A stretch of 64,000 nt of DNA from Bispira polyomma (taxonomy: Eukaryota): contig OZ287752.1 in NCBI GenBank assembly GCA_965649765.1, positions 18,848,001 through 18,912,000 on the forward strand. The letters are read 5' to 3'. Below are positions 39,480 through 64,000 of this stretch, piece by piece. The translations under genes and the position numbers were made by a program. Below the pieces are notes generated by a model. That model was given only the letters and a program-made list of their open reading frames with translations. It had not been told where the DNA came from and did no database searches. Positions within the stretch are counted from its first letter, which is position 1, and each line of letters starts with the position of its first letter.

Positions 39480-42400
39480 GTTAAAGAGGGAAATGCAATG
39501 GCTTATGGCCATATGATGAATCAGTTGACCCCTGACATAATTAGGCATGCAAAAACACCTATGCACAGTTGCAACGGAATGTGAAATATATCCACATCAG
39601 AAGGTAAAACTATACAGAATATATCACTGAGGCAATAGACTGGTTAATTGATCAGGATAAGTGAAAGGGAATTATGGGACAATTACTGATCCATCATTGC
39701 ATGCTATTGTTAACACCCATAAAAATGGTGTAGGGTATTTAAATTCTGGCAACACAGCTTTCAGTTTTATAAGCCCAGATAGAGAGGCTGTTCTTTTGTC
39801 AGATTTGAATACGTTTTTAAAAGTGGCTTAATATCATTGCAGGAACTGGTGTAGCCAATTATAAGTGTGCCAGCATTCAAGTTAATTGTGGACTTAATGC
39901 ATAAGCTTGGTTCGATGTTTTAATAGATCCCGAAGATAATTAACTTATTTTACAGTATCTAAGATTTGTATTTCCTTTGTCGTTGAACAATAATCATGAA
40001 TTGAATTCAATTGATATTACTGTTATTATTACATTATTCGGAATTACAATACCCCACAGCCGTGAAAGCATATTTAGATAGGAAAGTTAGGATGGGGCCT
40101 ATGTTAGCCCATTTGACTTAGTAGATCACCCACAATATCATTGCTCACCTCTCTTAACCAGGCCCAAGGATATTGATAAGAGAAGAGTCATATTAAATCA
40201 ATCGTACCCAGAAGCTGCATCAGTAAATAGTTATGTAACTAAGGAAGTATATGGTGGTGTTTCTTTTAGTCTAAGGTTTCCTACTGTGGACAACATTACA
40301 AAGGCCATACTTACCACAGATAACCGTAACATATTCAAGTTGATATCTTACTTGCATTGATGAATATTCCAAACGATCTTAGAGATGCACTTTAATTGGG
40401 TATCAAATGGGATGAAGCCTAGTACATTGATAAGTCATGTACTTTTGTCTGGGTCTACGAAAGTGCAATATTTCAGGGACAGAGTGTTATCATTGCACAT
40501 GTTATGAAAAAAGCTCTCGTTTTCAGATAATGTATTATATGGATGATTATATTTCAGTTACAAGTGAAGATAAAGCTAAGACAACATTTAAGCAGTTGTA
40601 CAACCTTTGCAAAAGTCTATGTCTCCCCATAAAGCTAAATGAGTTAGTCGAGCCTTGTGACAAACTCACTGGCCTTGGTATAAGTATTAACATCAACAGT
40701 TTTAGACTTAAAATTGATGAAGATAAGCTTATTAGCATTCAACAAGAGAGTACCATAATAAGGCACATGAAAAACATTTCACATAGACAATTCAAATCTA
40801 TACTAGGGAAAGTGTTGTATGTACATGAATGTGTGCTTTCTGCTAATGTGTTCATCAATAGTTAGACCAGATCATGTATGTAAAAGATACATGTTAAGCT
40901 TATTGGCCAATTTCACCTGGATTTGGATTGGTTCGTAAATGCTTCCATTATTTAATGGTGTGACATGATTTAACCCAGAACATATAAGAGGACATACTAC
41001 TCCTTGATACATATCTCACAAGAATGGGGGTATCTAGGAAAAGGAAGTCTATGCAACAACTGTCTTGGGTTTAGATCACTTAAACACTTCCATAGCACAC
41101 TTTGAAATGATAAATATCATTTTAGCAATTAGACTGTGGGGTAAGGAATGGGCTTATCAGAAATTAGGAATTTTTTGTGATACCATTGCAATAGTCAAAG
41201 TGGTTGAGACTGGCAAAACATGTGACAATATTTAGCAATATTGCAGGATCATATGGTTTTGGGTCGCAATTACATAACAATAGAAATTGAACACATTCCT
41301 TGCAAAAGAGACGTAATAGCAGATGTGCTGTCTATATTGTTTTCAAACAATGCTCCAACAAGAGACTCTGAAAAATTGCTTAAGGAAAATTGTACATAAA
41401 GGGCTATACCCATTTAATTTTTAAATTTATCTCTAAATATATAATTGCGGGTTTAACTTCCGCTGTGCACAAGTTAGCATCAAGCACTTTGCACACAGTC
41501 GTAACAGCTATCAGACAAAACCAAATCATCTGCATACCATAACCAGTGCGGACTCTCCTTGGTCTTTACTACTTACACAGGCTCAACAGAAATTGATTAT
41601 TTACCTCTTGGAATTTATGTGTAAGCAATCCATTTTACCAAGTTTATGTTAAAAAATTATGTTATCCACTACAAATCTCTTTTATGATTCAATCTCATTG
41701 TTCATTAGAAGCTTGAAGATCAATTCTAGTTTCTCACCTATTCCTAAAGGTTTATTTGACCTCCAAATACCCAGTTTTAGTCAATTTTAAATCAATTTTC
41801 GTTTCATGCTTTTCTCAGAATAACCTATTTTGCCCCCTCATTCAATAAACAAGTCGATCATACTATCAATTTGATCAGATATCACATTTGCTCACCCAGG
41901 TGCTCACCTGATAATTAAGTGTACAAAAAGTTCCATGTAGTAGACTTCAGCAATTTTAGCTAAACCAGACATATTCCCAGCCAATTTCCATTTTTTGCTA
42001 CCATTAAGTCACCCTACAAAACTGCATTGTGTACAGTCTTAACTTACTTTGACATCCCTTAGCCGGGACACCCTTTGCACATTCCACACGTCAGGGGCAA
42101 CCCTGGCCTTCAACAGTATTATTTCCATGGAATATATAATGTCACATGGCATGTGGAGATGTTCTGCTGTGTGACATTATCTCCAAGCAGCTTCCAAGTC
42201 TGCTTCTAATATTCCACTTACCCTTTCCTCCCTCGCCCCCTTAGTTGGGCTTGGGTCTAAAACTCTATGTAATAAATTTTATATTTACAACATTTATTAT
42301 ATAATATACCACTAACGTGTACAGTTAAAACTGAACTGCAAACTTGTGTTTTATTATGTACTTTCATTTATTCATATTACATTAACATACCACTTTTACA

Positions 42401-44790
42401 AATTTAGGTATCACGGGACTGTGCTAGTCACGACAGCATTGCCTGGCACCTCAGTCTACCATAAACATAAATTGCTGATAAAACTATTCTTGTCTCAAGT
42501 ATACCCTCGTTTTTGTTTCCCCTCTGGGGTTAAAATTGTTATTCTTAAAAGTCAGCCATACTGTAAATATTGATATTTAAAATTTTAAAAACCCTTTCCT
42601 CCCTTTTGAAAGGCTTAATTAGTAGTTGTTTGGTTGATATACCTTAGTTGTTGCTCCCCTCTGGGGTTCAAATTGTTATTCTCAATAATCAGCCACACAT
42701 TGTCAATAAAATAGAGAATCTTGTCTTGATGTGAATGAACATAAGCAGTGTAGCATAAACATTAATAATGGCAGCAGCAAACAAGTGTTACAACATTTCA
42801 ATGGGTTGCATTATGTGATCCTCACCAGCCAGTATAATTGGGTAGAATACTACCCCTTTTATGGATGAAGTAAATCGGGTGCAGTGTCAAGGCACGGAAC
42901 ATGTCAGTCCTGCACAACCTTAATTAAGTCAGTGTAGGGTACCAGACCATTTATAACAGGTAATACTTAGAAAGTAGGTAAACATCCCTCCCTGAGGTCA
43001 AGCTAATTTGTTTATGGTAGTTGCTGATTGACCAAGCAAAATTAACAAGTATATTTACTTATAGGATAGTGGCCAGTTTAAAATTGGTCACTGAGATAGT
43101 GACATGTAGTGACATGATAAAACAATTTCCCACCTACCCTTGCCCCTATGGATGAGGTCAATGCTCAATAGGATGTGCGAGTAATGGATATATAGTAATA
43201 GTCAATTTAGGTGTACATGATTCTATAATGTCGGATAATGAGGATAAATCTTGAGCACTCGATGAGTAGGAGGCATGTCTTGTGTTGCACCTGATTGAAT
43301 TATCAGTAAGTCATAACATCGTGTAATTGAATCCTATGCTTTGCATGTGTTAGACAGTAATTACACTAAACCAGTACATCTGTTGTATTTTTAATATGTA
43401 TTTTTTAGTGTTATATTGGTGTTTTTATTAGAGGGTCTGCGCATGATGCATTTTATAATATGGTCTTTTTAGGGTCACCCCAGGTTCGCTGATTCCCCTG
43501 GCCCTCAGAAAGTCTTATTCTTAATTGTTGTTTTGAGACAAATAAACACAACATTGTATACTTTGTGCAATGCATTTATTTGAAGTGACATGAGACATAA
43601 AAACACAACTACTGAGACTTTTAAAACACTGGTTATGAGTTAGTTTTGTGTCATTTAATATTTATATCTTGTTTTGACAAATTCCCTTTTCTGACGAATG
43701 GCACTTGGTTGAACACTTCAGGCCTGCTTTCTTACATTTACATCATAATAAATACATAAACCCTCATTTATCTTTCTTTTTCGGACGGGGTGTGTTAGAG
43801 ACCATAAATTCACTAGTATCTAAAATAGTTCAAGAATGCTTCATTACTTTCCAATATAAGAACATTACTTCTTTTATTGTGAGAAAACCAGAAATTATTG
43901 GAACTAAGTTAAGAAATGCTTTCTAAATTATTTTTCCTATGCTGTTGACTTTGTTGTTTGGAATATACTTCTTAGTTGTTTATACGTTGATAAAATGTAC
44001 GAGTATAAAAAAACACAAACCAGTCTTTCTTTACATCGCTTTCTGTCATTAGTGAAGATAAATTAATGTTGGACTACTTTATTTATATTAACAAAGGTAA
44101 ACAGTCTCTGTTTGCAAAATTACTCCATTAAATTTAGCGTCTCCATCACTTTTTAGTAAAACATAAAGTACTCTAAATGTACTGCCGCCTGTATGCATGG
44201 CTGTCTCTATATTATTTTATACTTTGCACACACTATTTTAGAAACTTTGTCATTTATGTAAAAACAAATAAAATATTTAAAAACAGTCAGCCATACTATT
44301 AACATTAATATGTAAATTTAAAATAAAAAACCTTCTCTCCCTTTAGTGGTTGTTTGGTTGATATACCTTAGTTGTTAGTCCCCTCATGTTGGCCACATGT
44401 ATGGCGTCAGTTGCTTCTGTGATGGCAGTTACGATAGTTTAGCTGTTGTTCCCCTCTTGTGTGATGTCACATACTACTGTAGAGGCTGTTTACGTTTGAT
44501 CATATACAGGTTGGTTAGGGAAATTTTCCTTATCCCCTCATTTGAGACACGTTTGGGCTTCTCTCAGTTGTTTTACTAGTTTTAATTGGCGTTTGGTTAG
44601 ACGTTGTTGGGTCTAAAATTCTATGTACCAAATTTTATACTTACGACCTTTACTGTATAAAATACCACTAACATGTAGAGTTAAAAATAAAATGCAAACT
44701 TGTATTTTACACTTGTATTTTATCATGTACTTTTATTTATTCATATTACATTAACATACCACTTTTAGAAATTTAGGTATCAGGGGACTG
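39480..44790 (+). mobile_element. Decayed Ngaro-type YR retrotransposon
   Basis: CSPLLTRPK..KRRVI, FPTVDNIT, YMDDY (RT); HFEMINIILAIRLW and IADVLS (RNaseH); SGATLAFN..SHGMWR (YR), colinear with 56866-58934. B direct repeats at 42251-42421 and 44607-44790. Confidence 0.85.
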
Positions 44791-45400
44791 GAATTGCACT
44801 ACAATTACTCGCAAGTTATAATCTGCTAATATGAGAAATTAAGTACCCAAATAGTTAAATGGAATAATATACTGTGGATGAAATATATCCTAAAATAGAT
44901 CCATATTTCTACCATGTAAAATTCATAAACATTCCAAAATGTTTTACCACATCATCGATGGAATGTCATAACTTTGAAGACACCAAAGCCTATCGAAACC
45001 TTAAGACATTCATCGAAGGTATGTACAATGTATCAAGTTATGAATTATGATTTAATATAACACCTAAATAGGGCTCATTATAATAAGAATCAAGATAATC
45101 AGGCATTATCTGATCCATACACATCACGATTTTATCAATGATCATTATTTTAACCTATACATGTTCAATTGGACAAAATATCTATGTAACATATCTATGT
45201 AACATAACTTGCAATAATACTTTTCCAGCAAAATGTCTTGACCTGCATACACATTTTAAGCTAACTTATTATCTACTAAAATATAGTTTTGTTTTAGGGG
45301 GAAATATATACATAAGAAAATAAACCCCATCCATTAACCAAGCATTAGTCCATATCAAAACACCATATAAATTACATTGTAGTCTACAAAACATTGATAT

Positions 45401-62327
<16,927 letters not shown>

Positions 62328-62810
62328 CTGAAATACACAGTAACCATTCTGAACATTTAGCAAATATATATCACTCAATGTACTTTAACTTAATTAGATA
62401 ATTAAGCATATATACAATGCTTTGAATGGGTGTAGAAAAATATAGCTGAATACACAAAAACTGCCTAGAAGCAATAATTTTAATGTTACAAGTAAATTAT
62501 TCATTTTAACCAGCGGTCAATCTGAAAGTAGGCATTTCTCATTAATGTAAACATCTACACTTGGTCTACTAAAATAAAAAAAGTAGTTGTACAACATATT
62601 TGACAAAATCACAAAGTGATAGCTCAGGAGTTACAAGTGAATTACTCAAAGTAGCTATGGATGCTATTGCTCACTTAGCTACACTCCCAGACATACTAAA
62701 CGTTCCTAGAATGTAGCCAAGTGGGGTTACAGACCTCAAAAAGACGGGTTGCACAATTGGTATCAGGGATAGGGTCTAGCAACAAATTTCAATTTTATTA
62801 CTTTGTAGCA

Positions 62811-63178
62811 GCCATCTTGTTTTTCGGAATGGGCCCAAATACAATTCCAACCAAGCTATTGACATGATACACCTCCACAACAAATTTGGTGCTGATAGCT
62901 GCAATACTTTTCCTTTAAATGTCCAAAAACCGTTTTCAGGACGGCGTAGTGGCGGACATCTTGTTTTTTAGAATGGGCCCAAATACAATCTCAAGCAAGC
63001 TATTGACATGACACACCTTCACAACAAATTTGGTGCTGATAGCTGCAATACTTTTCCTTCAAATGTCCGGAAACCGTTTTTAAGAAGGCAGCCGTGGTGG
63101 CCATCTTGTTTTTCAAAATGGGCCCAAATACAATCCCAACCGAGCTATTGACATGATACACCGCCACAACAAATTTGG
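62811..63178. repeat. ~2.6 x 144-bp tandem array (HINE-like units)
   Basis: CATCTTGTTTTT at 62813, 62957, 63102. Confidence 0.9.
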
Positions 63179-63812
63179 AAATTTTATTGGTAATTGGAAT
63201 TTTTGTTAGTAAAATTCCTATCAATTCCTAACACTTGCTATAACTGACTCCGCCGGGGAGTCGGCTCGGTCAAAACAAAAAATCCCGACACTACCTAAAC
63301 CGACCCCTTTTAGCACACACCATTATACAGGTCACAGGTTATGTGTCTGCGCACCAAGCAGACTTCCGCCTATTGTCTTCCTTACAAAATTGATCGCAGA
63401 ACGAGCACATATTATTTAGATATTTTTTTCTTTTTCCCGAGATTCGGTGTTTTTTATTTTGTGTCACATTTTTAAAATATGAGTGACAATAAGTCTTCCT
63501 CCTCTTCTAGAATATTTTACCCATTATACAGTAGAACGGACACAAATAACTATTATCTGAACACCTTTGGCGAGTAATAATATATTGGGACAAAATAATG
63601 TTTATATAATAGAGGCATTTTAATATAAAACTACACATCACTACACAAGCCCCACAGTGAAATTGTTTTCAGTGGTTCATAATGACACCTTATTTTAGGA
63701 ATTTGGACTAATTTGAACTAATATAATATTAATATTTATTGTAGACACAAAACTATACAAATACAGGTCCTACTCAGACATGCCTGGCCAAATAAAAATT
63801 CTCAACATATTA

Positions 63813-64000
63813 TTATTTATTATTATTATTATGGATTTTTAACCCGCTTTATTGATGCTAGGCATCTTCTAAAGCGCAACAGCAGAATCATTAGTCCAAT
63901 CATTAAGTCCGTGGAAATTGCAAAGTCGTAAGGAAGGAAGTGGGAGCGTGCATGAGGAAAGCTAAGGTGGGTAGGCAAGATTAAAAAGATAGGTTTTAAG
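63813..64000 (-). mobile_element. L2-type LINE 3' end, runs off window
   Basis: Reverse complement closely matches 14042-14215; (ATT)n tail. Confidence 0.9.

Overview
AT-rich, intron-rich animal genomic DNA (repeat types suggest a marine invertebrate); no prokaryotic features. The window holds a head-to-tail, minus-strand tandem cluster of nephrin-like immunoglobulin receptor genes with a cytoplasmic tyrosine PSEUDOkinase domain. Copy A (45401-62327, 5' end beyond the window) has 12 exons that splice into an unbroken ~712-codon frame: Ig, two FN3-type domains, TM, a Tyr/ITIM-rich juxtamembrane region, a kinase domain lacking the catalytic and Mg-binding Asp residues (HLQLSAEH, GFG), and a Tyr-bearing tail. 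Copy B (11553-36745) is a pseudogene with nine Ig exons, a deletion of the FN3/TM/juxtamembrane block, and many lesions. A third gene probably begins with a V-set exon at 5198-5557. The locus is packed with tyrosine-recombinase retrotransposons: a young Ngaro-type element with split direct repeats (55438-61564), a decayed DIRS1-type element with ITRs, ICR and methyltransferase (19092-24475), a decayed Ngaro (39480-44790) and terminal remnants. It also carries L2-type LINE fragments, tRNA-SINEs, Helentron/HINE-like tandem-repeat elements, a MITE, and a Tigger transposase split by a ~2 kb inversion. A ~130-nt sequence present in two diverged copies (8093-8226, 31950-32080) shows covarying base pairs of a three-way-junction RNA fold that I do not recognise. 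All exon boundaries, alignments and folds were read by eye.
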